A stretch of 64,000 bases of DNA from Saccharofermentanales bacterium (GTDB lineage: Bacteria; Bacillota; Clostridia; Saccharofermentanales; DTU023). The DNA lies in contig JBMNTA010000002.1 in NCBI GenBank assembly GCA_050945495.1, positions 19,240 through 83,239 of the forward strand, read 5' to 3'. The notes under the pieces were generated by a model. It did not search any database. It was not told the DNA's origin and worked only from the letters and a program-made list of their open reading frames with translations. Made by a program: the position numbers and the translations under genes. Positions 36,172 to 46,171 of the stretch are shown here, in pieces; the first letter of the stretch is position 1; the number at the start of each line of letters is the position of its first letter.

Positions 36172-37017
36172 TCAGACATCGGGCAATGCCTCGCCCGCCC
36201 ATACGCGTCGGCGGGTCGCGGGCATCCCGAGCACCACAATATTATACACAAGCGGACCGAATCGAACGTACGGCAAGAGCGCCAAATGGCGGTCGACCGT
36301 CGCCTCATCGTCTTCCAGAGCGGCCGCGACGCGTGTTGCCCGTTCCGCCGCCGTCATCGCACCCAGCGGATTCGCAACGCCCGACGTCCGATCACGCTCG
36401 AGATCGTCGACGGCGTCGATCGTGTAGACCCAACGCCCGAGCGCCTCGCCCGCCGTGCCGAGCATCGTTTTCAAAAAGTCGTCGCCGTCCAGCGCTCGAT
36501 CGACCCCGCCCTCCATGACCGCCCGAAGGACGGCGCCGAAAGCACCGGCCGCCGCTTCCCAGGACGTCGTCTGGACGTCGGCCAAGACATCGAGCGCATC
36601 CTCGATGGTCGCGACCAAATCGGCGTGACGCGCACGCGCCGCCCTGAACGGGCGCGCCAGCGCCCCGCGCACCGCCCGACCGCGGACCGGGTGCTCATCG
36701 GCGATGTCGTCCAACGCCGAGAGGTACGCCAAAACGACGGTCATGTCGGCCGCGTAATCGATCGCGGGGTGGTCGCCCGCCACGGCTTTTTTCTTGAGGG
36801 GATTTAAAATGCAGCCCTCTTCGCCGACCGCCGGTTCGTCCTCGGACAACGCGAGCAAGACCAACGCCAAGAACGTCATGTCGTAACTGACCGACAGACG
36901 GGACAACAGGCCGCTTCGGCGACCGAGGGCCTTGCAAAGACCGCAGTAGATCGACTTGTACGCCGTGAAATCACGGACGAGCAGCTCCGGTTTTTCGGGT
37001 CGAACGTAACCGAACAT
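36172..37017 (-). CDS. Uncharacterised protein resembling the DUF5685 family (N-terminal MFGYVRPEKPEL...YCGLCKAL motif)
   Basis: The ATG at 37015-37017 follows AAGGAG. The protein is 281 aa. The N-terminal motif and size match my recollection of DUF5685. This is not verified by a search. Confidence 0.6.
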   Translation of the reverse strand: MFGYVRPEKPELLVRDFTAYKSIYCGLCKALGRRSGLLSRLSVSYDMTFLALVLLALSEDEPAVGEEGCILNPLKKKAVAGDHPAIDYAADMTVVLAYLSALDDIADEHPVRGRAVRGALARPFRAARARHADLVATIEDALDVLADVQTTSWEAAAGAFGAVLRAVMEGGVDRALDGDDFLKTMLGTAGEALGRWVYTIDAVDDLERDRTSGVANPLGAMTAAERATRVAAALEDDEATVDRHLALLPYVRFGPLVYNIVVLGMPATRRRVWAGEALPDV

Positions 37018-37121
37018 GGCGCGGCGTTCTCCTTTCGTTCCTCTGCGCGGATATTCGCTTCCTATGATATCATCAAGGCTGACGAGAACGGGCGTGGGAC
37101 GCCTGAAATGAGAGGATTCGA

Positions 37122-38579
37122 ATGACATCAAGAACGATTAAAACACGATTCGCGCCGAGCCCGACCGGCATCATGCACATCGGCAATTTGCGCTCGGCGC
37201 TGTACGAGTACCTCATTGCCCGCGCGGGTGACGGCGCATTCATTTTGCGCATTGAGGACACAGACCGTGAACGCTACGTCGAAGGCGCCGTCGAGGCGAT
37301 ATACAAAACGCTCGAGCTCTGCGGCATGCATCACGACGAAGGCCCCGACATCGGCGGCCCGAACGGTCCCTACGTTCAGTCCGAACGGTTGCCCATGTAT
37401 CGGCAATACGCGATGCAGCTGATCGAACAGGGCGACGCCTACCCGTGCTTTTGCCCCGACAGCAAGGTCGCGGAGCATCCGGACGACGACGAACCGCATA
37501 CCTACGGGTACGACCGCACCTGCCGCAACATCGATCCCGAAACGGCACGGCGCCGCATGGAGGCGGGCGAACCGTACGTCATCCGACAAAAGATGCCGCT
37601 TACGGGCGAGACGACCTTTCACGATGAGGTGTACGGATCCATCACCGTTCAAAACAAAGAACTCGAGGACCAGATCCTTTTGAAGACGGACGGTTACCCG
37701 ACCTATAACTTCGCCAACGTGATCGACGACCACCTGATGGAGATCACGCACATCGTGCGCGGCTCCGAGTACCTGTCGTCGACCCCGAAATATTGCCTGC
37801 TCTACGACGCGTTCGGTTGGCCGATACCCAACTTCGTGCATCTGCCTCTGATCGTCGGCGAAGACGGAAAAAAACTTTCGAAGCGTCACGGCGCGACGAG
37901 CTTCAACGCCCTGGTCGAGGCCGGGTATTTGCCCGAGGCGATCGTCAACATGATCGCCTTTTTGGGGTGGGCGCCCGGCGATGACACGCGCGAGATTTTC
38001 TCGCTCGCAGAACTCGAATCGATTTTCCGAATCCAAGGCATCAACAAAGCGCCGGCCGTCTTTTCTTACGAAAAACTCGACTGGATGAACGAGCAGTACA
38101 TCCATCAGATGGACGATCAACGCTGGCAAGCCCTCGTCCAGCGGGCGGCCGATCCCGTGTTCGGCGATCAAGTCTACGACCTCGACATGCTCGCGCAGGT
38201 GCTGAAGCCGCGCACGACGAAACTTTCGGACATCCCGGACATGATTCGTTTCTTCGTCGAGGATCAACCCTTGAACGACGACGTCTTCTTCAACAAACGC
38301 GCAAAACTGAAGTCAGAGCGCGCGGCCGACATCCTCGCCGATCTGATCCCGAAATTCGAGCAACTTCCCGAATGGAACGCCGAGGCGATTTCGGCGCTTC
38401 TGAACGACCACACCGAAGCGACGGGCCTCAAAAAAGGCCAGGTCATGGGCGCCGTCCGCGTCGCCCTCGCCCGCCAGAAAGTCACGCCCGGCGGCGCCAC
38501 CGAATGCGCCGTGATCCTCGGACGCGACCGATCGCTCGCCCGCTTCGAAAAAGCCATGGCGTATCTCAAAGGAGCATAG
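37122..38579 (+). CDS. gltX: Glutamate--tRNA ligase
   Basis: RFAPSPTGIMHIGNLRSALY (HIGH motif) and KLSKRHG (KMSKS motif). RBS is GAGGA plus 5 nt. Confidence 0.95.
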   Translation: MTSRTIKTRFAPSPTGIMHIGNLRSALYEYLIARAGDGAFILRIEDTDRERYVEGAVEAIYKTLELCGMHHDEGPDIGGPNGPYVQSERLPMYRQYAMQLIEQGDAYPCFCPDSKVAEHPDDDEPHTYGYDRTCRNIDPETARRRMEAGEPYVIRQKMPLTGETTFHDEVYGSITVQNKELEDQILLKTDGYPTYNFANVIDDHLMEITHIVRGSEYLSSTPKYCLLYDAFGWPIPNFVHLPLIVGEDGKKLSKRHGATSFNALVEAGYLPEAIVNMIAFLGWAPGDDTREIFSLAELESIFRIQGINKAPAVFSYEKLDWMNEQYIHQMDDQRWQALVQRAADPVFGDQVYDLDMLAQVLKPRTTKLSDIPDMIRFFVEDQPLNDDVFFNKRAKLKSERAADILADLIPKFEQLPEWNAEAISALLNDHTEATGLKKGQVMGAVRVALARQKVTPGGATECAVILGRDRSLARFEKAMAYLKGA

Positions 38580-38582
38580 ACG

Positions 38583-40328
38583 ATGACCCACTCAAACGAT
38601 GACCGGCGTCTCCCCGGGTTTGCCTCCGGCATCACCCCGAAAGACGAGACGCGCACGGACAACGAGATCAATCACTTCATCATCGATTTCATCGAAGAAG
38701 ACATGGGCCCCGGCGGCCGAACGGAGGGCTTGAAAGTGCACACGCGCTTTCCACCCGAGCCGAACGGCTACCTGCACATCGGGCACGCCAAGGCCATCGT
38801 CATCGACTTCGGCACCGCCGAGATGTACGACGGGCTGTGCAACCTGCGCATGGACGACACGAACCCGGTCAAAGAGGACGAGTCCTTCGTCGACGCCATC
38901 AAGGAAGACATCCATTGGCTCGGCTACGACTGGGACGATCGCTTCTACTACGCGTCGGATTACTTCGAAGAGATGTACGGCTACGCCGAAGAATTGATCG
39001 AAAAAGATCTGGCGTTTGTTTGCGAGATGACGCCGGAAGAGATGCGTGAAGCGCGGGGAACCTTGACCACCCCCGGCACGGAGAGCCCGTGGCGCAACCG
39101 CCCGAAAGAGGAGAGCCTCGACTTGTTCCGACGCATGCGCGCCGGCGAGTTCCCGGACGGCCGCTACACGCTCCGCGCCAAAATCGACATGGCCTCCGGC
39201 AACATCAACATGCGCGATCCCGTGATCTACCGCATTCAGCATCAAACGCATCACCGCACGGGCGACGCGTGGTGCATCTACCCGATGTACGATTTCGCCC
39301 ACCCCTTGGAGGATGCGATCGAACACATCACGCACTCGCTGTGCTCCATCGAGTTTGAGGATCACCGCCCGCTCTACGACTGGTTCATCGAGCACTGCTC
39401 CGTCCCCTCGAAGCCGCGCCAAATCGAATTCGCGCGCCTCGACATGACGTACACCGTCATGAGCAAGCGCAAGCTCCGCACCCTCGTCGAAGAAGGCCTG
39501 GTGGACGGCTGGGACGATCCCCGCCTCCCCACCCTGAGCGGACTGCGCCGCCGCGGATACACGCCGCGGGCAATCCGTGATTTCTGTGAGCGCAACGGCG
39601 TTTCGAAAGTGCCGAGCATGGTCGACATCCGCTTCCTCGAGCACTGTCTCCGGGAAGATTTGAACGGGCGCGCGCCCCGCGCCCGCGCCGTCCTCGACCC
39701 CGTGAAGCTGACCATCACGAACTATCCGGAAGACCGGCACGAGACATTTGAAGTCAACAACCTCCCGTACAACCCCGACGCGGGCACCCATGAGATCACG
39801 TTCTCGAAGCATCTCTTGATCGAACGCGACGACTTTATGGAAGATCCGCCGAAAAAATATTATCGGATGTTCCCGGGCAATCACGTCCGCCTGATGAACG
39901 CCTACATCGTGGAATGCACGGGCTGCGTCAAAGATGAGGCCGGCAACGTCGTCGAGGTGCTCGCCGAATACAATCCGGAAACGCGCGGCGGCTCCGCTCC
40001 CAAAGGGCAAAAAGTGCGCGGCACGATCCATTGGCTCGACCGGGCGACGGCCGTTCCGGCGGAGGTTCGCCTGTACGACAAGCTCTTTACCGTGGAGGAA
40101 CCGGATGCCGACGAGCGCGACTACCACGATCTCTTAAATCCCGATTCGATCATCACGATCGACGACGCCTACGTCGAACCGTGGCTGAAAACGGATCGCT
40201 CGCACATCGGCTATCAGTTCATGCGCCTGGGCTATTTCATCCACGACTGCCACGTCATGGAGAACACGGACAAACTCGTGTTCAACCGCTCGGTGCAACT
40301 GAAAGACTCGTACAAACCGGAAGCATAA
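38583..40328 (+). CDS. glnS: Glutamine--tRNA ligase
   Basis: VHTRFPPEPNGYLHIGHAKA and VMSKRKL (KMSKS motif), with a class-I GlnRS C-terminal anticodon-binding region. It starts 3 nt after the gltX stop, and its RBS AAAGGAG lies in the last gltX codons just upstream of that stop. Confidence 0.9.
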   Translation: MTHSNDDRRLPGFASGITPKDETRTDNEINHFIIDFIEEDMGPGGRTEGLKVHTRFPPEPNGYLHIGHAKAIVIDFGTAEMYDGLCNLRMDDTNPVKEDESFVDAIKEDIHWLGYDWDDRFYYASDYFEEMYGYAEELIEKDLAFVCEMTPEEMREARGTLTTPGTESPWRNRPKEESLDLFRRMRAGEFPDGRYTLRAKIDMASGNINMRDPVIYRIQHQTHHRTGDAWCIYPMYDFAHPLEDAIEHITHSLCSIEFEDHRPLYDWFIEHCSVPSKPRQIEFARLDMTYTVMSKRKLRTLVEEGLVDGWDDPRLPTLSGLRRRGYTPRAIRDFCERNGVSKVPSMVDIRFLEHCLREDLNGRAPRARAVLDPVKLTITNYPEDRHETFEVNNLPYNPDAGTHEITFSKHLLIERDDFMEDPPKKYYRMFPGNHVRLMNAYIVECTGCVKDEAGNVVEVLAEYNPETRGGSAPKGQKVRGTIHWLDRATAVPAEVRLYDKLFTVEEPDADERDYHDLLNPDSIITIDDAYVEPWLKTDRSHIGYQFMRLGYFIHDCHVMENTDKLVFNRSVQLKDSYKPEA

Positions 40329-40344
40329 GCGCTTTTGAATCCAT

Positions 40345-40385
40345 AAAAAAAGCCCCCGCACCGTCCAAACGACGCGGGGGCTTTT
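40345..40385. terminator. Bidirectional intrinsic terminator between glnS and the acyl-CoA ligase
   Basis: AAAAAAA-GCCCCCGC-(14 nt)-GCGGGGGC-TTTT. Confidence 0.85.
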
Positions 40386-40396
40386 GCATATCCGAT

Positions 40397-42193
40397 TTAT
40401 TTGATTTTGCTGCGTTTGATTTTCTTCGCCGTCGTCTTCGGGAATTCCGTCGTGCGCAGATCGTACGAGCGGATGTGCTTATAATTCACCAGCTGTTCGT
40501 TGACGCGACGGATGACCGGCTGCATGGCCGCATGGATACGCTCGTCGTCGAGCGGCAGCCCTTTCAGTTCGGGATTTTTGTCGATTTCGTCCCGTGCGGG
40601 GAAAATCTCCGCATGGATGACGACGTCGTCTCCCTTCGGCTTGCCGGTGATGACGGCTTCCTGCACGAGCGGATCCTGCACGAGCAAGAATTCAATCTCC
40701 TCCGGGAAGACGTTCTTGCCGTTCTTCGTGACGATCAAGTTCGACTTACGACCCGTGATGATGACAAATTGGTCCTCGTCCATGTAGCCCAAATCGCCCG
40801 TGTGGAAGAAGCCCTCCTCGTCGATCGCGGCACGCTGCGTCGCCTCGTCGACGTTGAAATAGCCGAGCATGACGTTGGGACCGCGGCCGATGATTTCGCC
40901 GATGCCGTCTTCGTCCGGATCGATGATTTCGACGTCCACGCACGGCAGCGGCAAACCCGCCGAGCGCTCATTGTGATAGTGCGTCCGGTTCAACGCGAGG
41001 ATCGGCGCACACTCCGTGAGGCCGTACCCTTGCACGCAGTGGAATCCGATCGCCTGCATGTCCTCGAGCGTCTCGGGCGCGATGGCGGCCCCGCCCGTGA
41101 TCATGAGGCGGATTCGCCCGCCGAAGGAATCGTGAATTTCTTTGAAGATTTGCTTGCGTTTATCGATGCCCAACTTCATGAGGAACTTCGACAGCTTCAG
41201 TCCGAAATTGAATTTGCGCAATTTTTTCGGATCGTTCTTGATCTTGCGCATGATGCCGCGATGGAACGCTTCGAGCATCAACGGCACGACCAAAATCATC
41301 GTCGCGTTGACTTCGCGCAAGTTCTGCACGATGTAGCGCAGCCCCTCGGACACGGCCACACAGCTCCCCCGATAGATTTGACACAGGTACCCGCACGTGC
41401 ACTCGTACGTGTGGTGCAGCGGCAGCACCGACAGGAAGGTGTCGTGCTCATCGATGTAAATCATCGAGCACATCCCCATCAAGTTGTTGCAGATGTTGGC
41501 GTGCGACAACATGACGGCCTTCGGATTCGAGGTGGTGCCGGAGGTGAAGAGCAAGATGTGCATCTCGTCGGGATCGATCGGCAACGTATCGTAACTCGTG
41601 TCGCCCGACGCGCGCACCCGCTGCCCTTCTTCCAGAATGTCCCAGAAGTAAAGGTCCTCCGAATCGTCGTCCGGCAAGTCAAAATTGACGTAATGTTTGA
41701 CCGTCGGCATCTCGTCGCGGATCGCGTCGATGACGTCTTTTTTCTGATTGGAAAACAACATGACATCGGCTTCGGCCGTCTGCATGAGGTTGACGATTTC
41801 ATTGCCCGGGAGCTCTTTGTCGAGCGGCACCACGACCGCCAAGCCGTTGACCACGGCGAGGTACGAGACGTACCATTCGTAGCGCGTCTCGGCCAAAATG
41901 GCGACGCGGCTTTGTTTATTCACACCCATGGCCTTCGCCGCCGAACCGAACGCACGGACGTCCTGAAAGAACTGACCGAACGTCACCGGCACAAACGGAC
42001 GCGAATGATCCACTTTCAAATGTTTCGCTTCTTCGGAACGCGGCGCGATCTGACGCGTCGCAATGGGGTCCTTCAAAAGATAACCATTTAAATCGCTGTA
42101 CAATTTCTCACTCTGCTCCATCATGTCGCGCAGGTCGCGAATGGGGCGAACGTAGTGCAGCGGGTACTTATAAATTTTCTCATCCATAGACAT
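40397..42193 (-). CDS. AMP-dependent long-chain acyl-CoA synthetase/ligase
   Basis: Motifs LFTSGTTSNPKAVMLSH, QGYGLTEC and FHTGDLGYMDEDQFVIITGRKSNLIVTKNGKNV. RBS is AAGGAG plus 6 nt. Confidence 0.85.
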   Translation of the reverse strand: MSMDEKIYKYPLHYVRPIRDLRDMMEQSEKLYSDLNGYLLKDPIATRQIAPRSEEAKHLKVDHSRPFVPVTFGQFFQDVRAFGSAAKAMGVNKQSRVAILAETRYEWYVSYLAVVNGLAVVVPLDKELPGNEIVNLMQTAEADVMLFSNQKKDVIDAIRDEMPTVKHYVNFDLPDDDSEDLYFWDILEEGQRVRASGDTSYDTLPIDPDEMHILLFTSGTTSNPKAVMLSHANICNNLMGMCSMIYIDEHDTFLSVLPLHHTYECTCGYLCQIYRGSCVAVSEGLRYIVQNLREVNATMILVVPLMLEAFHRGIMRKIKNDPKKLRKFNFGLKLSKFLMKLGIDKRKQIFKEIHDSFGGRIRLMITGGAAIAPETLEDMQAIGFHCVQGYGLTECAPILALNRTHYHNERSAGLPLPCVDVEIIDPDEDGIGEIIGRGPNVMLGYFNVDEATQRAAIDEEGFFHTGDLGYMDEDQFVIITGRKSNLIVTKNGKNVFPEEIEFLLVQDPLVQEAVITGKPKGDDVVIHAEIFPARDEIDKNPELKGLPLDDERIHAAMQPVIRRVNEQLVNYKHIRSYDLRTTEFPKTTAKKIKRSKIK

Positions 42194-42351
42194 CCAAGAC
42201 TCCTTTGATTTTAACGTTCTTACAAAAATTCACTAAACATCATTGTATCGGAGGGCCCGATCAACGGTCAATGAGATCGTCCCCCCATTTCAACGAAAGT
42301 GTTACGTTACGACGCCCGCGCACGGGGCCCAACGCCCCGATTTCGGACAAG

Positions 42352-42378
42352 AAAAAAGCCCCGCAAATCGCGCGGAGC
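42352..42378 (-). terminator. Intrinsic terminator after tRNA-Ala
   Basis: The minus strand reads GCTCCGC-GCGATTT-GCGGGGC (one G-U pair) followed by TTTTTT. Confidence 0.65.
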
Positions 42379-42385
42379 TTTGGGT

Positions 42386-42461
<76 letters not shown>

Positions 42462-42580
42462 GAGGCGAGATTAAACCTAGCACACGAAGGCGAACGATGT
42501 CAAGCCGAGGCGTGACGGGGTTCGCGTCGTTTGTTAGAATGGGACTGCGCGCACGACGCGCGTATTTCAGGAGGATAGCT

Positions 42581-43090
42581 ATGTCATTCAAAGAACTTGC
42601 CGCAAAACGTTATTCATGTCGTCAATTCAGCGACCGGGAGGTCGATGATGCGACCATTCAATCGCTGTTGGAAGTCCAACGTCTGGCCCCGACGGCTCAC
42701 AACGCGCAGTCACAAAGGATCTACGTCTTGAAGGGACAAGAAGGCCGTGACATCATCGGTCAAGCGACGCATTGCGTCTTCGGCGCCCCCTTGTTTTTCG
42801 TCATTTGCTACGACCGGGACGCCTGCTGGAAGCGCAGCTACGACGGCTTTTTGGGCGGTCCCGTCGATGCCGTGATCGCCGGCTGTCACCTGGACTTCGC
42901 AATCGCGGACGCGGGGCTTGCCAGCTGCTGGGTGTGCACGTTCGATCCCGCCAAATTGCGCGAAGCGATGCAGTTGCCGGATAACCACATCCCGATGGCC
43001 ATCTTCCCCGCAGGCTACGCCGCCGACGACGCACAACCGTCGCCGTCGCACACCGATCGACATCCGCTCTCGGACACCGTGATGTCATAA
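42581..43090 (+). CDS. Nitroreductase family protein
   Basis: The ATG follows AGGAGG. The sequence is MSFKELAAKRYSCRQFSDREVDDATIQSLLEVQRLAPTAHNAQSQRIYVL. Confidence 0.8.
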   Translation: MSFKELAAKRYSCRQFSDREVDDATIQSLLEVQRLAPTAHNAQSQRIYVLKGQEGRDIIGQATHCVFGAPLFFVICYDRDACWKRSYDGFLGGPVDAVIAGCHLDFAIADAGLASCWVCTFDPAKLREAMQLPDNHIPMAIFPAGYAADDAQPSPSHTDRHPLSDTVMS

Positions 43091-43116
43091 CGTTCGGTCG
43101 TTCTATCTTTTAAATC

Positions 43117-44355
43117 ATGCCCGATCATTCCCACGACGTCATCATTCAGGCGGATGCGCGGCGCACGCGCGATGCCCGGCGCACCGCATGGGGCGGCCTG
43201 GCGCTGAATGTCTTTTTGGCGACCGGCAAGATCCTCGTCGGCACATGGACCGGCAGCATCGCCGTCACGGCCGACGGCTGGAACAACGTCTCCGACACGT
43301 TCAGTTCCATCGTGACGATCGTCTCCACGTACGTCGCGGCCAAACCCGCCGACGAGCAGCACCCGTTCGGCCATGCGCGCTTCGAATACATCGCCTCGTC
43401 CGTCATCGCCTTGGGCATGCTGATCGTCGCGTTTCAACTGGGACACAAATCGATCTTGTGCATCCTCACGCCGGAGCCGCCGGATCCGTCGGTATGGATG
43501 TTCTTGGCCTTGGGCGTCTCGATCGCCGTCAAGTTCGGCATGTACCTCCACTATCGTCGCAAAGGGAAAAGGCTGGTCGCCCCCGCCCTGGTCGCGGCGT
43601 CGCGCGACAGCCTCGCCGACGTGTGGGCCACGGGCGGCGTCTTGTTGGCGATGCTGATCTTTGTCTGGTTCGATCTCAACATCGACGGCCCCGCGGGACT
43701 GGTGGTGAGCCTCTTGATCGCGTGGTCCGCGATCGACATCATCCGATCAACGTCGACGCTTTTGCTCGGCGGTCGCCCGTCGAAGCGCCTCACCAACCTC
43801 ATGCAAAAGGCGATCCTCGAAACCGATCCCGATCACATTCTGGGCCTCCACGATCTCGTCATTCACGACTACGGCCCCGGCCACATTCACGTCTCGGGTC
43901 ATGTGGAGCTCGACCGCAACTTGAGCTTCGTCGAAGCGCACGTCGTGGTCGACCGCATCGAGCGAAAACTGCGCCACAAATACGGGGTCCATCCGATCAT
44001 GCACGCCGATCCGTCCGCCGACAATGACGCGGCCCACGCGGAACTTCTGGCCTCGCTTCAAGCCGTCGCCGACAGCATCGTGCCCGGCTTGGACGTGCAC
44101 AGTCTGCACCGGTTTGTGTCGGACGACGGCACGAACGTCGCCGCCTTCGACATCGGCGTGCCGGACCGCGTGACGATGTCCGACGACGAACTGATCCGAC
44201 GCGTGCGCGACGGCGTGAAAGCGTTCGCGCCCGACCTCGTGTTGTGGATCACGCTCGATCGCGGCTACTTTTCCACCCTGTCGGCCGACCGGCCGATGAT
44301 GCGGGTCACGGCCCGCGAAGATGCGGAGGACGAACACCGGCCGGCCGACGCATAA
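43117..44355 (+). CDS. Cation diffusion facilitator (CDF) family metal efflux transporter
   Basis: Motifs GSIAVTADGWNNVSDTFSSIV...HPFGHARFEYIAS, plus a C-terminal cytoplasmic domain with HDLVIHDYGPG...VSGHVELD. Confidence 0.8.
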   Translation: MPDHSHDVIIQADARRTRDARRTAWGGLALNVFLATGKILVGTWTGSIAVTADGWNNVSDTFSSIVTIVSTYVAAKPADEQHPFGHARFEYIASSVIALGMLIVAFQLGHKSILCILTPEPPDPSVWMFLALGVSIAVKFGMYLHYRRKGKRLVAPALVAASRDSLADVWATGGVLLAMLIFVWFDLNIDGPAGLVVSLLIAWSAIDIIRSTSTLLLGGRPSKRLTNLMQKAILETDPDHILGLHDLVIHDYGPGHIHVSGHVELDRNLSFVEAHVVVDRIERKLRHKYGVHPIMHADPSADNDAAHAELLASLQAVADSIVPGLDVHSLHRFVSDDGTNVAAFDIGVPDRVTMSDDELIRRVRDGVKAFAPDLVLWITLDRGYFSTLSADRPMMRVTAREDAEDEHRPADA

Positions 44356-44421
44356 ATATTTGTTACAATAATCACGTGACCGTCTTCGCACGGGAACAGA
44401 TGCAGAAAAGAGGGACCATCA

Positions 44422-46170
44422 ATGAAGCAACTCATGTCGGGGAACGAGGCCGTTGCTCGCGGTATTTATGAAGCCGATGTCCGCGTCGGCAGCGCATACC
44501 CCGGAACCCCCAGCACCGAAATTTTCGAACATTTGAACGATTACGAGGGCGTGTATCACGAGTGGGCACCGAACGAAAAAGTGGCCACCGAAGTCGCCTA
44601 CGGCGCGTCCATGGCGGGCGTGCGCTCCGTCGCGGCCATGAAACACGTCGGCCTCAACGTCGCGGCCGACCCCGTCTTCACCGCCGCCTACAACGGCGTC
44701 GGGCGCGGATTTGTCATCATCACGGCCGACGATCCGAGCATGCACTCCTCGCAGAACGAACAGGACAACCGCCATTATGCCCGTGCGGCGAAATTGCCGA
44801 TGTTCGAGCCGGCCGACAGTCAAGACGCGCTCGACATGATGCGGGAAGCGTACGACGTCTCGGAGCGCTTTGACATCCCCGTCCTGTTCCGCATGACGAC
44901 CCGCGTCTGCCACTCACGCAGCATCGTCGAGACCGGCGAACCCGTCAAGGTCGAACCGACTGCGTACAACCGCGACATTCGCAAATACATCGCCTCTCCG
45001 GCCAACGCACGCGTCCATCGCGTCGAACTCGAAGCGAAGATGGAAGGGCTCGCCGAATACGCCGAAACGTGCCCTTTCAACCGCATCGACCGCAAGGGCG
45101 ACAAAATCGGGGTCGTCACGGCCGGCGGCGCTTCGCTGATCGCGCGCGAGGCCTTCCCCGAAGACACCTCGTTTTTGACGTTGGGTTTCACCCATCCCCT
45201 GCCGATCGAGATGATCCGACAATTCGCGGACACCGTCGAGACGCTGTACGTGGTCGAAGAGCTTGATCCCTTCATGGAAGAACAGATCAAGGCGGCGGGC
45301 ATCGACTGCATCGGCAAGGCGGTCGTGCCAAACATGTACGAATTGAACCCGACGATTCTCAAGACCGCGCTGACGGGCGAGGCCCCCGACCTCCGCGACG
45401 TGGGCGTCGACGTGGTCGGTCGTCCCCCCGTCCTCTGCCCCGGCTGCCCGCACCGCGGCTTCTTCTACACGTTGTCGAAACGCAAAGACACGATCGTGGC
45501 GGGCGACATCGGATGTTACACGCTCGGCGGATCGCCGCCGCTGTCGGCCATCGATTCCGTCGTCTGCATGGGCGGCGGCTTCTCGGTCGCCATGGGCATG
45601 GCCAAGGCCTTTGAGCAGACCGGCGTCAAGAAAACGATCTTCGGCGTCGTCGGCGACTCGACCTTCTTCCACAGCGGCATCACGGGCGCCGTCGAGATTC
45701 TCTACAACCACGGCAACGTCATCCCCGTCGTGCTGGACAACAGCATCACGAGCATGACCGGTCAGCAGGATAACCCCGGCACCGGCTACACCTTGATGGG
45801 CGACATCACGGACGTCGTCTCGATCAAGGCCCTGTTCGAAGCCATCGGCTACGACAAAGTGTTCGAGGTCGATCCGCAAGATCTCGACGCCATGAAAACA
45901 ACCCTCGACGAGGCGATCGCGTGGGACGGCCCGCGCGCCATCATCGTCCGTCGTCCCTGCGTGCTCATCAAGCGCATTCCGCACGAGAAAGCGCTGTGCC
46001 GCGTCGACCGCGACACCTGCATCAGCTGTCGTCGATGCCTCACCGTCGGCTGTCCCGCGGTGTTCTTTGAAGACGGCAAATCGAAGATCGACGAAACGCT
46101 CTGCGTCGGCTGCACCGTCTGCATGCAGGTCTGCCCCGTCGGCGCCATTCAAAAGGTGGAGGATGAGTGA
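44422..46170 (+). CDS. iorA: Indolepyruvate:ferredoxin oxidoreductase subunit alpha
   Basis: MKQLMSGNEAVARGIYEADVRVGSAYPGTPSTEI, a TPP-binding region GDIGCYTLG...GDSTFFHSG, and two C-terminal 4Fe-4S motifs (CISCRRCLTVGCP, CVGCTVCMQVCP). Confidence 0.85.
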   Translation: MKQLMSGNEAVARGIYEADVRVGSAYPGTPSTEIFEHLNDYEGVYHEWAPNEKVATEVAYGASMAGVRSVAAMKHVGLNVAADPVFTAAYNGVGRGFVIITADDPSMHSSQNEQDNRHYARAAKLPMFEPADSQDALDMMREAYDVSERFDIPVLFRMTTRVCHSRSIVETGEPVKVEPTAYNRDIRKYIASPANARVHRVELEAKMEGLAEYAETCPFNRIDRKGDKIGVVTAGGASLIAREAFPEDTSFLTLGFTHPLPIEMIRQFADTVETLYVVEELDPFMEEQIKAAGIDCIGKAVVPNMYELNPTILKTALTGEAPDLRDVGVDVVGRPPVLCPGCPHRGFFYTLSKRKDTIVAGDIGCYTLGGSPPLSAIDSVVCMGGGFSVAMGMAKAFEQTGVKKTIFGVVGDSTFFHSGITGAVEILYNHGNVIPVVLDNSITSMTGQQDNPGTGYTLMGDITDVVSIKALFEAIGYDKVFEVDPQDLDAMKTTLDEAIAWDGPRAIIVRRPCVLIKRIPHEKALCRVDRDTCISCRRCLTVGCPAVFFEDGKSKIDETLCVGCTVCMQVCPVGAIQKVEDE

Positions 46171-46171
46171 C

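Noticed and set aside
37018-37121. I looked for a T-box leader or other riboswitch upstream of gltX.
   Set aside because: The region is only 104 nt and is shared with a divergent promoter. It has no T-box sequence, specifier-loop architecture or terminator/antiterminator pair.
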